DNA of 64,000 nucleotides from Candidatus Amesbacteria bacterium RIFCSPLOWO2_01_FULL_49_25 (GTDB lineage Bacteria; Patescibacteriota; Microgenomatia; CAZETR01; Amesbacteraceae): assembly GCA_001773725.1 (NCBI GenBank), contig MEXP01000020.1:19526-83525 (forward strand), written 5' to 3'. How positions within the stretch are numbered: the first letter of the stretch is position 1; every line of letters begins with the position of its first letter. The notes beneath the pieces are model-generated. The model searched no databases and was not told the DNA's origin. It was given only the letters and a program-made list of their open reading frames with translations. The translations under genes were made by a program, and so were the position numbers. Positions 11,871 through 20,805 of this stretch are shown in pieces.

Positions 11871-12782
11871 ATGCTCGTAGTTACCTCCGGAGACGTCTAT
11901 ACCGACTTGGATGTCCTAGCTTGCGCTATTGCTTACGGCGATATTTTAAACAAAACACATCGGCCAGCGTTGGTCTACCTCCCCGGCCCCTTGAATGAAA
12001 GCATCACCTCCTCTATGCGCAATTGGGACTTTAAATACCAAACTAAATTGGAACCAGGAGATTACCAATACGTCATCGTCGACGTTTCCGATCCGGACCA
12101 TATTAGCCGCGTAGTTGACCCAACCAAAATCTCCAAAATTTATGATCACCATTTCGGCCACGAAGACTATTGGCGCTCCCGGATAGGAGATGGGGCCCAT
12201 ATCGAACCGGTCGGCGCCTGCGCCACTCTAATTTGGGAAGAGGCCGTCAAAAAAGGAGCGACTCTGTCCCAAATCTCTGTAAATCTTCTTTATACCGCCA
12301 TCTTTTCCAATACTCTAAATTTTAACGCCTCCGTAACTCATGATCGTGACAAACGGGCCTTTGCCCAGTTAGGAAAACTGGTCGACCTTCCTCCAAATTG
12401 GCCAGAAATTTATTATTCCGAACTCGAAGCCGACGTCTTTGCCAATCCCAGCGAGGCAATTGTCAAAGATATCAAGACCACGGTCTTGTCCAAATTTCCT
12501 CACCCATTCATCATTGGTCAATTAGAGCTTTGGAATAGCCAAAAGTTTCTGGTTAATCACATGGGAACAATAAAAGAAGCTCTTCAAGCACATGGCAACC
12601 CTTACTGGTTTTTCACCTCACCCAGCATTAGCGACGGCCACAACTATCTTTACACCGAAAACCCCGGTCTCAAAGATCTTTTAACCCGCCTCATTGGAGC
12701 CAAATTCACCGGCGATCTAGGCACGACCGACAAACTCTACTTGCGCAAAGAAATTCTCAAAAAATTGCAGGAATACAAATGA
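11871..12782 (+). CDS. DHH-family (family II-like) inorganic pyrophosphatase/phosphoesterase
   Basis: TDLD, IVD, YDHH and VGACATLI motifs. The ATG follows TAAAAT by 7 nt. Confidence 0.85.
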   Translation: MLVVTSGDVYTDLDVLACAIAYGDILNKTHRPALVYLPGPLNESITSSMRNWDFKYQTKLEPGDYQYVIVDVSDPDHISRVVDPTKISKIYDHHFGHEDYWRSRIGDGAHIEPVGACATLIWEEAVKKGATLSQISVNLLYTAIFSNTLNFNASVTHDRDKRAFAQLGKLVDLPPNWPEIYYSELEADVFANPSEAIVKDIKTTVLSKFPHPFIIGQLELWNSQKFLVNHMGTIKEALQAHGNPYWFFTSPSISDGHNYLYTENPGLKDLLTRLIGAKFTGDLGTTDKLYLRKEILKKLQEYK

Positions 12783-13330
12783 ATTTTCTCATCCTTCATG
12801 GCACCATGGGCAGCCCGGAAGGGAACTGGTTCCCCTGGTTGGCCGGGGAGTTGGAAAAACTGGGTCATCGGACTCTTCGTCCCCAGCTACCCAAAGACCA
12901 AACCCCCGACAATTGGATCCGGGCGATAGGGGAGTCGGTAGGCGATCTAGGTGGCGATGTAACAATCGTCGCCCACTCCATGTCTTGCCTGGCCACATGT
13001 CTTTATTTGCAAAACGCAAAAGCCCTCCTCCGCGCCTGCTTTTTTGCCGCCGGCTTCGCCCAGGATTTGCCGGTCCGCGAGCCAGTTAAATCGCTAAATC
13101 TCCCATTTGTGAAAGCACCAATCGACTGGTCCAAAGTCAAATCAAACTGCCCTAAATTTATTTGTTTTGCCGGCGACAACGACCCCTATGTCCCCATGGA
13201 CATCGCTCATGATTTCGCCTCCAAATTAAGCGCCGAATTTATAGTTATCAAAAACGGCGGCCACCTCAATTCCGACTCCGGTTTCACCCACCTCCCTCAA
13301 TTGCTATCAGCCATTGAGCAAGTGCTATAG
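12779..13330 (+). CDS. RBBP9/YdeN-family alpha/beta hydrolase
   Basis: ILHG..GSP..NWFPWL, AHSMS, NDPYVP and GGHLN motifs. Confidence 0.92.
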   Translation: MNFLILHGTMGSPEGNWFPWLAGELEKLGHRTLRPQLPKDQTPDNWIRAIGESVGDLGGDVTIVAHSMSCLATCLYLQNAKALLRACFFAAGFAQDLPVREPVKSLNLPFVKAPIDWSKVKSNCPKFICFAGDNDPYVPMDIAHDFASKLSAEFIVIKNGGHLNSDSGFTHLPQLLSAIEQVL

Positions 13331-13428
13331 CCATCATATCGAGTTTATGAATGGGCAATGGATATATACCCATCGAAATGCGTTAATACGCATGCAAATT
13401 ACATTATGATGGGTATACAATAACCCAA

Positions 13429-13791
13429 ATGCCCAACCAGGTCTTCTTGGGTGACGACGGATTTATTCACCATGTTATCGAGGGTGATCAAGACGCAGCC
13501 ACCACTCAAGATCTCCGCGACCAAACTTTCAAACTTGCCTCTCAGCTTTCAGTCCTCCCTCGCCCCATCAAAATACTTAGTGACCTAACCGGCATCGGCA
13601 AAGCCGACTCAAACGCCCGGCGCATAGCCAGCGGCATTATTCAGGACATAAAATTGGACAAGATCGCTATTTTTGGCGGCAACCGTTTTATGAAACATTT
13701 GGTCAACCTGGTCGTCAAGGCCACCGGCAAGGAAGACCGTGTCCGTTATTTTGATTCCAAAGACCAAGCCATCGCTTGGCTAAATTCATGA
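13429..13791 (+). CDS. STAS/SEC14 (SpoIIAA-like) domain protein
   Basis: ILSDLTGI...ARR...KIAIFG...RYFDSKDQAIAWL pattern. Confidence 0.8.
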   Translation: MPNQVFLGDDGFIHHVIEGDQDAATTQDLRDQTFKLASQLSVLPRPIKILSDLTGIGKADSNARRIASGIIQDIKLDKIAIFGGNRFMKHLVNLVVKATGKEDRVRYFDSKDQAIAWLNS

Positions 13792-14636
13792 GCACCATTT
13801 CAGACAAACTCGCGCCCCTGCTTCCCGTTTTAGCCAGCGCCAGCGTTGGCGATTTTTCCAAAGACGTTCCCATCCCGGAAACAGACGACGAATTTACCGA
13901 AGTTTATGTTGGTATCCAGATTATGTTGGAAACCATCCGTGAGCAAATAGCCGCTCTTAAGCAAGTAGATCAAGTCAAAACCGAATTTTTATCAATAGCC
14001 GCCCATCAACTGCGCACTCCCTTAAGTTCAATCAAGTGGAGCTCGGAAATAATTTCCCAAGACCCCCTTACCTCCAAGCAAAGTACCCATCTCAGCTACA
14101 TTACCCACTCCACCCAAACGCTGATCGATCTCGTCAATTCTCTTTTGGACCTTTCCCGCCTCGAATTAGGCCGCTATGTCTTTGAGCCCCAGACTGTCGA
14201 CCTAAAAACCGAAATCGACCGCCTCTCATCCGAATTCCAGCCCCAGCTTCACCCCAAACACATCCAGTACTCGACCGACTTTCCAACTGTTCCCGTTCGG
14301 ATTGATCCCAAAGTCTTGCGCACTGTTTTGCAAAACCTGCTTTCCAATTCCGTCAAATATACACCCGCCGGCGGCCGCATCCATCTCCAAATTCAAATCA
14401 AACCTCCCTCAATTATTATTACCGTCACCGACACTGGCCCTGGCATCCCCCCATCACAGCATCACCAGGTATTTACTAAGCTTTTCCGAGCGAGTAACAT
14501 TAACCCCAACGAGCCCGGGAGCGGTCTGGGTCTCTATCTGACCAAAACCATAATCGATCACTATCATGGTCAGATTGATTTTACTTCCCATCCCGGTCAT
14601 GGGACCGTCTTTGTAGTTACATTGCCTCTCTCATGA
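13788..14636 (+). CDS. Soluble histidine kinase (HAMP-like + HisKA + HATPase)
   Basis: AHQLRTPL H-box, NLLSNSVKY, DTGPGI and GSGLGLY. No TM segment. Confidence 0.93.
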   Translation: MSTISDKLAPLLPVLASASVGDFSKDVPIPETDDEFTEVYVGIQIMLETIREQIAALKQVDQVKTEFLSIAAHQLRTPLSSIKWSSEIISQDPLTSKQSTHLSYITHSTQTLIDLVNSLLDLSRLELGRYVFEPQTVDLKTEIDRLSSEFQPQLHPKHIQYSTDFPTVPVRIDPKVLRTVLQNLLSNSVKYTPAGGRIHLQIQIKPPSIIITVTDTGPGIPPSQHHQVFTKLFRASNINPNEPGSGLGLYLTKTIIDHYHGQIDFTSHPGHGTVFVVTLPLS

Positions 14637-15001
14637 ACTCACCAGCCACTATTCTAGTTGTCGAAGACGATGTCCAACTCCAAAACACTTATCAGGACCG
14701 CCTTTCTCAGGAAGGATTTAAAGTTGTCGCCTCCGATTCTGTATCCACGGGCTTAAACCAAATCAAATCTCTTCGCCCAAACCTAGTCGTCCTGGATATC
14801 ATGCTTCCTGGCGGCCAAAACGGCTTCGACTTCCTGGAGCAAATAAAACTCGACTCGGAACTTAAAGACACCCCCGTACTGGTTATTACCAATTTGGATC
14901 ACCAGCGCGATATAGCTCTTTCCATCGGGGCCATAGATTGTCTTCTCAAAACCGACGTCGACCTGGAAACCGTCGTTTCCAAAATCAAATCCTACCTTTA
15001 A
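14633..15001 (+). CDS. Stand-alone response regulator receiver
   Basis: LVVEDD, LDIMLPG and ITN motifs, with no output domain. Confidence 0.93.
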   Translation: MNSPATILVVEDDVQLQNTYQDRLSQEGFKVVASDSVSTGLNQIKSLRPNLVVLDIMLPGGQNGFDFLEQIKLDSELKDTPVLVITNLDHQRDIALSIGAIDCLLKTDVDLETVVSKIKSYL

Positions 15002-15678
15002 ATCCCCAAAATGCTCGCCGGGTTTACCGGTTTTCCTCCTTCGTAAATTTCCAAATGCAGATGTGGCCCGCTGGACCGGCCGGTCGATCCAGCCTTCCCC
15101 AAAACCGTTCCCATGCCCACATACTGGCCCACAGACACACCGATCTCCGAGAGATGGGCATACAGGGACTCGTACTCTCCTTCGTGTTTTATCTTCACCA
15201 TATTTCCGTATCCCAGCCAGCTCCTTTTTGCTTCCGTTACCACCCCTGTCATGAGGGGTCTTACAGGCGTCCCGGATTCCGCAGCCATATCCAACCCCGA
15301 ATGAGACCACCCGAATCCTTGAGATACCCTATAAACAGCCAGCGGGCTTTGTACAGCCTCGTCGGTTTTCAGCCTTACTTCTCCCTCTGGGACTACCACC
15401 ATATCCAGTCTCCCCCCCGAGTCATCAGCCGCCCAAGGTGAAGGACTCCAAATAGCTGCCGATACAACCATAACCACCAGGCTCATTCCCAAGCTAGCCC
15501 TCAGCCGCTTATGAGCCAAAACTGGTCTTACGGCAAAGCTGATCGGGTTACTCTTTCCGCACAACGCCAAAAACCTGATCAATCTCCAGGCAGCCTCCTT
15601 CAAGGGTAGGGGAGTCTGAACCCTCTTTAGAACCCTTTCTGCCCAGCCCAATGCAAACTTTCTTATTCTTTTAGCCAT
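14998..15678 (-). CDS. M23-family peptidase
   Basis: HSGLD, YAHL and SSGPHLH motifs, with a TM anchor. Confidence 0.93.
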   Translation of the reverse strand: MAKRIRKFALGWAERVLKRVQTPLPLKEAAWRLIRFLALCGKSNPISFAVRPVLAHKRLRASLGMSLVVMVVSAAIWSPSPWAADDSGGRLDMVVVPEGEVRLKTDEAVQSPLAVYRVSQGFGWSHSGLDMAAESGTPVRPLMTGVVTEAKRSWLGYGNMVKIKHEGEYESLYAHLSEIGVSVGQYVGMGTVLGKAGSTGRSSGPHLHLEIYEGGKPVNPASILGI

Positions 15679-15707
15679 AAAAAAAATTCTCCACACTGCG
15701 GGAGAAC
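15679..15707 (-). terminator. Terminator-like hairpin plus U8 immediately before the M23 ATG
   Basis: TTCTCC-CGCAGTGT-GGAGAA-TTTTTTTT-ATG. Confidence 0.5.
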
Positions 15708-15715
15708 TGCCCTGC

Positions 15716-15744
15716 AGTATATCCTATAGCCGTCCAAAAGTCAA
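15716..15744 (-). promoter_or_regulatory. Sigma70 promoter of the M23 peptidase gene
   Basis: TTGACT-17 nt-TATACT. Confidence 0.75.
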
Positions 15745-15775
15745 CTCAAACCGAAGATAATCCGAAATAGGGGAT

Positions 15776-16048
15776 TTAACTCCAAAACTTGAACTTGTCC
15801 CGATATGTCAAACCTTGCAGCGCAGATCCAACCAGCACTCCAAATATTCCGTCAAAACCAAATTTCATTACCCAACCAACAGCCAAAATCAAAGCGATCG
15901 GCCAATGGTGCATCGCTACGGTTTTCTTTCGGAGTTTAAATCTCAGGTTAGGCACCCTTCCTCGTTTTCCTTCAGACTTCCCCCATAGCCACCGACTCGC
16001 CAAAAAACCGATCAAACCTCCAACCAATATTATTAATAACACATTCAT
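15776..16048 (-). CDS. Small membrane protein directly downstream of tRNA-Cys
   Basis: MNVLLIILVGG..., hydrophobic, HHW motif. The ORF-track extension is the tRNA. Confidence 0.7.
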   Translation of the reverse strand: MNVLLIILVGGLIGFLASRWLWGKSEGKRGRVPNLRFKLRKKTVAMHHWPIALILAVGWVMKFGFDGIFGVLVGSALQGLTYRDKFKFWS

Positions 16049-16054
16049 ACCCTG

Positions 16055-16126
16055 AGACCTGGAGGGGAATCGAACCCCTGCATGGGTGTTTTGCAGACAC
16101 CTCCGTTTCCACTTCGGCACCAGGTC
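16055..16126 (-). tRNA. tRNA-Cys(GCA), CCA not encoded
   Basis: GACCTGG/CCAGGTC acceptor stem, CT-GCA-AA anticodon loop, GGTTCGATTCC T-arm. Confidence 0.95.
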
Positions 16127-16164
16127 AACCTGCCAATTATAGCCCAAAATGATATACTCTTGCC

Positions 16165-17028
16165 ATGGAATTAAACAAAAAAGTTATCGCCATAATCTTA
16201 GTTATTTCCGGCCTTCTTATTGCCGGAAGCTTTGGTATTTACCGCTATTACCACGCCATTCAGGCAGACGCCGGGCTCAAAGTGGAATCCACTCCGCCTT
16301 CTCAGGTATTTATCAATAATCAGCTAGTTGGCAACACCCCCATCGACAAGGTCCTACCCGCAGGAGAAGTTACGATTAAGCTTATTCCCGATTCCACTTC
16401 ATCCGCCATTTCCGCCTACCAGACCAAAATCCAGCTCACTCCTCAAACATACACAGTCATCAAGCGGGATTTTGGCGATTCAGATTCCCTAACTGCCGGC
16501 GAAACTGTTTCCCTGTTGCCCCAATCCACCGGCAAGACATCTCTAAGTATTGTTACTTCCTACCCCGTCTCCGCTTCGGTTACGGTTGACGATCAACCCC
16601 AGGGGTTTACCCCCCTTAGTCTCGCCGATATCGCCCCTGGAGATCGTAAGATTGTCATCTCCGCTCCCGGGTACTCATCCCGGGTTATTTATGTCAAAGC
16701 CGTCACTGGATACAAACTAGCCGTCAGCGCCAAGCTCAAGGAATCACCCCTGGCCAAATTGGATCTTTTCCCTCGGCCTTCGCCCGTACTTGCTACCGCC
16801 TCTGCCAGTCTGGAGTCTCCCGACTCTTTTGTTACCGTTCTCGATACACCCACCGGATTTTTACGCGTTCGATCTGGTCCCGGTCTAAACAAATCCGAAA
16901 TCGGACAAATCAAGCCAGGAGAAAAATATCCTCTTCTCTCAGCCTCCTCAGATTGGTACCAAATTCAAGTCAAACTTGAAAGCACCTCTTCCGGCTGGAT
17001 CTCTTCTCAATACGCAGCCAAGAAATAA
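16165..17028 (+). CDS. PEGA-domain protein with C-terminal SH3b domain
   Basis: TM anchor, two PEGA-like repeats (VESTP..QVFIN..VGNTP and VTVDD..QGFTPL), and LRVRSGPG...WYQI...GWISSQY. Confidence 0.88.
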   Translation: MELNKKVIAIILVISGLLIAGSFGIYRYYHAIQADAGLKVESTPPSQVFINNQLVGNTPIDKVLPAGEVTIKLIPDSTSSAISAYQTKIQLTPQTYTVIKRDFGDSDSLTAGETVSLLPQSTGKTSLSIVTSYPVSASVTVDDQPQGFTPLSLADIAPGDRKIVISAPGYSSRVIYVKAVTGYKLAVSAKLKESPLAKLDLFPRPSPVLATASASLESPDSFVTVLDTPTGFLRVRSGPGLNKSEIGQIKPGEKYPLLSASSDWYQIQVKLESTSSGWISSQYAAKK

Positions 17029-17032
17029 AGCT

Positions 17033-17980
17033 TTATTTCGGCAGCCAGTACAGCACAGTCACCACCATAAACCCCCAAGTCGCCACTGAAACCAAAAGCG
17101 GAAAATCAGACAAAATTACCCTTTCCGGTGTTTCCGCCCTGGCTCCGTCATAGATAATTCTGATATATCTCATTATTCCAAAAATGACCACCGGGATTGT
17201 TGCCATCAGCCATTTATTTATAGTCAGTGTCCTCGACGTCTGGGCCAGAGTCAAAGGCACGCTTTGCCAGTCAGCTTGTTCATAAAAGTTAAATGTATAT
17301 AAAGCCCAGGACAGAAACGCAGCCGTAGCAAACATCGCCAAGTACGCATCCAAAATATTTACCGTATATTTCCCCATCACTTTTCTATGCAATGCCGCGC
17401 CTTGCTCGGTAAGAATCGCCATCTCTGCCCGTCTTTTTCCCACCGCCAGAAACACCGACACCGAAATTACACATAACAAAAACCAGATTGATAAGTGACC
17501 GTCGATCACCAAAGCTCCGGCAAACACTCTCAAGAAAAAACCAAACGCAATCACTAATACGTCTACTACCTCTACATTTTTGAGCCACAATGAATACAAA
17601 ATCTGCATCAGCCAGTATCCCAGCACTGCCCAAAAATACAAACCGGAAATACTTTTCGCCCACCCCAAGCCCACTAGCGATCCGCCAGTAAATATCGTCC
17701 ACGCCAGCCACAGCGGAATCTTTCCCGAAGCAATCGGCCGCCTTTTTTTAAACGGGTGAGCCTGATCAGCCTCGATATCAATAATATCGTTCAAAAAATA
17801 AATCGCCGATGCCAACACGGTAAAGGCCCCTATTGCCTCGGTCACTCTCCCGAAATTTGTCCACCAGGTCTGGACAGAATAAATATTTCCCGAAAACACC
17901 AGCGCTGCGTACAGAGTGAGATTTTTTACCCACTGTCTCGGTCTCGCTGTTTTAAGAATATTGAAAAATAGTGCAACCAC
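17033..17980 (-). CDS. UbiA-family prenyltransferase (decaprenyl-phosphate phosphoribosyltransferase-like)
   Basis: RPRQWVKN, NDIIDIEAD..HP.KK.RPIASG and GKRRAE. GTG start inferred. Confidence 0.9.
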   Translation of the reverse strand: MVALFFNILKTARPRQWVKNLTLYAALVFSGNIYSVQTWWTNFGRVTEAIGAFTVLASAIYFLNDIIDIEADQAHPFKKRRPIASGKIPLWLAWTIFTGGSLVGLGWAKSISGLYFWAVLGYWLMQILYSLWLKNVEVVDVLVIAFGFFLRVFAGALVIDGHLSIWFLLCVISVSVFLAVGKRRAEMAILTEQGAALHRKVMGKYTVNILDAYLAMFATAAFLSWALYTFNFYEQADWQSVPLTLAQTSRTLTINKWLMATIPVVIFGIMRYIRIIYDGARAETPERVILSDFPLLVSVATWGFMVVTVLYWLPK

Positions 17981-18969
17981 AAAATCCCCCCTCCCGCTAC
18001 TCCGGTAATAATCGCCATTGTAAACCACTTCTGCGTACTGTTCAATTGCAATGCAGCTATAGCCAAAATCGCCGACGCCCCCCAATAGAAAACTGCTATC
18101 CGCCTTTTCCCCCACCCTCTTTTAAGCAGCAGATGGTGCAAGTGTTCAAATCCTCCCCAAACCGGGGACCGGCCTTCGGAAATTCTCTTAACAACTACTA
18201 TCAGTGCGTCGATTATCGGTATTCCCAAAACTATTACCATCGCCCCCACCTTACCCGAAGCCATGATCGCCATAACCCCCAATAAATATCCGGCTAGACT
18301 TTTTCCGCCATACCCTGGCATTATCTTTTGTGGGTACCAATTCCACGGCAAGAACCCCAAATATGCCCCCGCAGTGACGCCGGACAGTATCAGTAGTGGC
18401 ACCTGGCTTGAATCTTCCCCGAACTTTATCCCGATCGCCGCCATGGTCAACGCGGCAATTACCACAAAGCCCGGCATCTGGCCATCTACTCCACTACTCC
18501 ACCCTATTATGTTTTGCATCAGCACCAGCCATACCAGAGAAAACAAGATCGATAGCGGCCAGCTTAAATTTATGACTCCCCCCAGTGGATTTGTTATATA
18601 AAATATCCCCACCCCGGCCCCGACAGCCAACAAAGCCGCAACTCCATTTAAAACCAGTCTCAGATAAGGAGACAGCCTTTCTTCAAATCTATCATCCAGA
18701 TACCCCACCATCATCAAAAGCCCTCCACCCAAGACTATGCCTATCGATTTCCATTCAAATCCCCAAAACAAAAAAACAGACATCAATGCCAGAAAAATCG
18801 GTATCCCTCCACCCCTAGGCACCGCTCTTTCATGAACAACTTTGGGGTGCCTGTGGGTCCTAGGGTCATCCACTATTTTCCATCTTTGTCCATTCTTTAT
18901 CACCCAAATACACCCCAGGGTCGATAGCAATGCTCCGCTCACAAACGGCCAGAAAAACAGTTCGTTCAC
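17926..18969 (-). CDS. MraY/WecA-family (glycosyl transferase family 4) polyprenyl-phosphate sugar-1-phosphate transferase
   Basis: PRGGG, GYLDD, GVDG and HLHHLL motifs, polytopic membrane protein. Confidence 0.9.
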   Translation of the reverse strand: MNELFFWPFVSGALLSTLGCIWVIKNGQRWKIVDDPRTHRHPKVVHERAVPRGGGIPIFLALMSVFLFWGFEWKSIGIVLGGGLLMMVGYLDDRFEERLSPYLRLVLNGVAALLAVGAGVGIFYITNPLGGVINLSWPLSILFSLVWLVLMQNIIGWSSGVDGQMPGFVVIAALTMAAIGIKFGEDSSQVPLLILSGVTAGAYLGFLPWNWYPQKIMPGYGGKSLAGYLLGVMAIMASGKVGAMVIVLGIPIIDALIVVVKRISEGRSPVWGGFEHLHHLLLKRGWGKRRIAVFYWGASAILAIAALQLNSTQKWFTMAIITGVAGGGILWLHYFSIFLKQRDRDSG

Positions 18970-19295
18970 GAAATCAAATAGATAATTCTGAGTAATCCGA
19001 CAGTCAAGATCACCTGAGTCGCGGTTACACTTCCCAGAACCATGATAGCCAAAACCTTGTCCTTAATTCTTCGTTCCAGCCATCCGCCAGCAAACCCAAT
19101 TACCGCAGTGATACCTGGAATGATCCACAACCACCCTGCCTCGGCCAGTTGTTCCTCGCCCCACGGCCGGCTATACCACAGCGGCACTTGGCTTGGCAGC
19201 CCGTTTCCCCACACCAATAACACCCCCACCCCAGTCATCACCCCCGCTGTACTCACGATATAACTCAAAAGTCTAGGCTTATCCACTCCCTCCAT
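18966..19295 (-). CDS. Small membrane protein (DUF1648-like)
   Basis: LPSQVPLWYSRPWGEEQL with three TM segments. Confidence 0.75.
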   Translation of the reverse strand: MEGVDKPRLLSYIVSTAGVMTGVGVLLVWGNGLPSQVPLWYSRPWGEEQLAEAGWLWIIPGITAVIGFAGGWLERRIKDKVLAIMVLGSVTATQVILTVGLLRIIYLIS

Positions 19296-19314
19296 TATAC
19301 TTGTAACTCACGCT

Positions 19315-20769
19315 TTAATCTTTTAGACTCAAGCTCAAAACCCGCCTGTATATATTTGCCCCCCCCACTTCTTTCTCCAGTTTGTATCTGGAATTAACCA
19401 GACTTTCCAGCCCGGGCAGCCCGGCCATATCAGATGTCTCTACAATATATCGGGGAGGAGACGCCGTGAGCGCTTGCATTGTTTCAGCCTCAACCCCGTA
19501 AAACTTAATATGATACGCTACGGTATACTTCCCCTCGGGCAACCTTTTTGCCAGGGCATAAATCATGGGCTCATCTCCCCATACAAATATTCTATCCTGG
19601 GCCCGGCTTCCAGACATAATCACCCTGGCTATTTCGTAATTTCTATTTACCCCTCCCCCAAACCATTCAAAATATTGCTCCTGGCTCTTTTGGCCCAGTG
19701 TCCATTCCAAAAAATTTACATAATATCCGGCTGTCGGGTAAGTCCAAAACTTAAACATCAATATAGTGCCTACCAACAGCGTTATCACCCCTCCGCCCAC
19801 CAGTCTTTCTCTTCGGCTTCCCCAACCCAAAGAAGTAATAGCCAGAGCCGTCGCCCCGGCGGCTTGTAATAGATAGTGCGGGTACGGTCTGCCGGACAGA
19901 GTGGCGGCAAATATGGTCCACAATCCCCACAAAGCCAATATTCCGCCATTTAGCCACACTGCCAGCAAGCTTACAGCTGCTGTTGCCGCCAATCGCCCCT
20001 TTACCGAAAACAATCCTAATCCCGTCCCCATTTGCCAGGAGCTAAGGTAAGGCAAGTTTTGCATCCAGGCCGCACTCACATATGCCTCCCCCGCTCCAAA
20101 TTTGGTTAACGCCACCCAACTTGCAATCAAGGGCACTAGCGCCCCAACTCCCAAAGACACGCACCTCACTACCAATTTTTCCATAGTCAATTCTTTTCGC
20201 CAAGCTTGTCCCAGCCACACAAATATCCACACTACAGCTTCCGCTAAAACTGGCGCTTTCCACAAAGCCCCCATTCCCAGTACCACTCCCCCCGCAAATA
20301 TTTTCCCAATTTCCTTTTCATTCCACAACAACAACCCTGCCGTCACCGTAGGCAGCAGAAAAAACAGTTCAGCATTGGCAATATTACCCTCCCACACCGG
20401 CAGTGTGGTGAGTAGCGCAAATATCAAAACCGCCGCCTTTTTGGTTTGTCCATTTCCCCAAATCTTTCCCGCCAGTTTATAAAAAACTGCCACCGTGGTC
20501 AAACTCCATATGCCGGCAATGAGTTTAAACCAATATTGTTCGCCCCTGGCCAGAGCGGCCGTCAGGTACAACAAGGGCGGTTTATTATCATATATATCTC
20601 TGTACAAAACCCTTCCGGAATTTATTGCCGCCCCCACAGTCAAATAAATCCCTTCATCTCCGTACCAATATGGTTCAAACAAACTCGGAATTCTCAAAAC
20701 CAGGGTCACCAGAAGCACCATCACTATAAATTGATTCCTATGCACCCACCCGGCCCACGACTTGACCAT
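19315..20769 (-). CDS. GT-C (ArnT/PMT-like) membrane glycosyltransferase
   Basis: WYGDEGIY, YDNKPPL and YPHY motifs, polytopic. Confidence 0.85.
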   Translation of the reverse strand: MVKSWAGWVHRNQFIVMVLLVTLVLRIPSLFEPYWYGDEGIYLTVGAAINSGRVLYRDIYDNKPPLLYLTAALARGEQYWFKLIAGIWSLTTVAVFYKLAGKIWGNGQTKKAAVLIFALLTTLPVWEGNIANAELFFLLPTVTAGLLLWNEKEIGKIFAGGVVLGMGALWKAPVLAEAVVWIFVWLGQAWRKELTMEKLVVRCVSLGVGALVPLIASWVALTKFGAGEAYVSAAWMQNLPYLSSWQMGTGLGLFSVKGRLAATAAVSLLAVWLNGGILALWGLWTIFAATLSGRPYPHYLLQAAGATALAITSLGWGSRRERLVGGGVITLLVGTILMFKFWTYPTAGYYVNFLEWTLGQKSQEQYFEWFGGGVNRNYEIARVIMSGSRAQDRIFVWGDEPMIYALAKRLPEGKYTVAYHIKFYGVEAETMQALTASPPRYIVETSDMAGLPGLESLVNSRYKLEKEVGGANIYRRVLSLSLKD

Positions 20770-20805
20770 ACGTCAATTCTTAAATATTTCCCGTCTTAAG
20801 TCAAT

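Noticed and set aside
15776-16126. Island integrated at tRNA-Cys
   Set aside because: I saw no duplicated tRNA 3' end and no integrase in the window.
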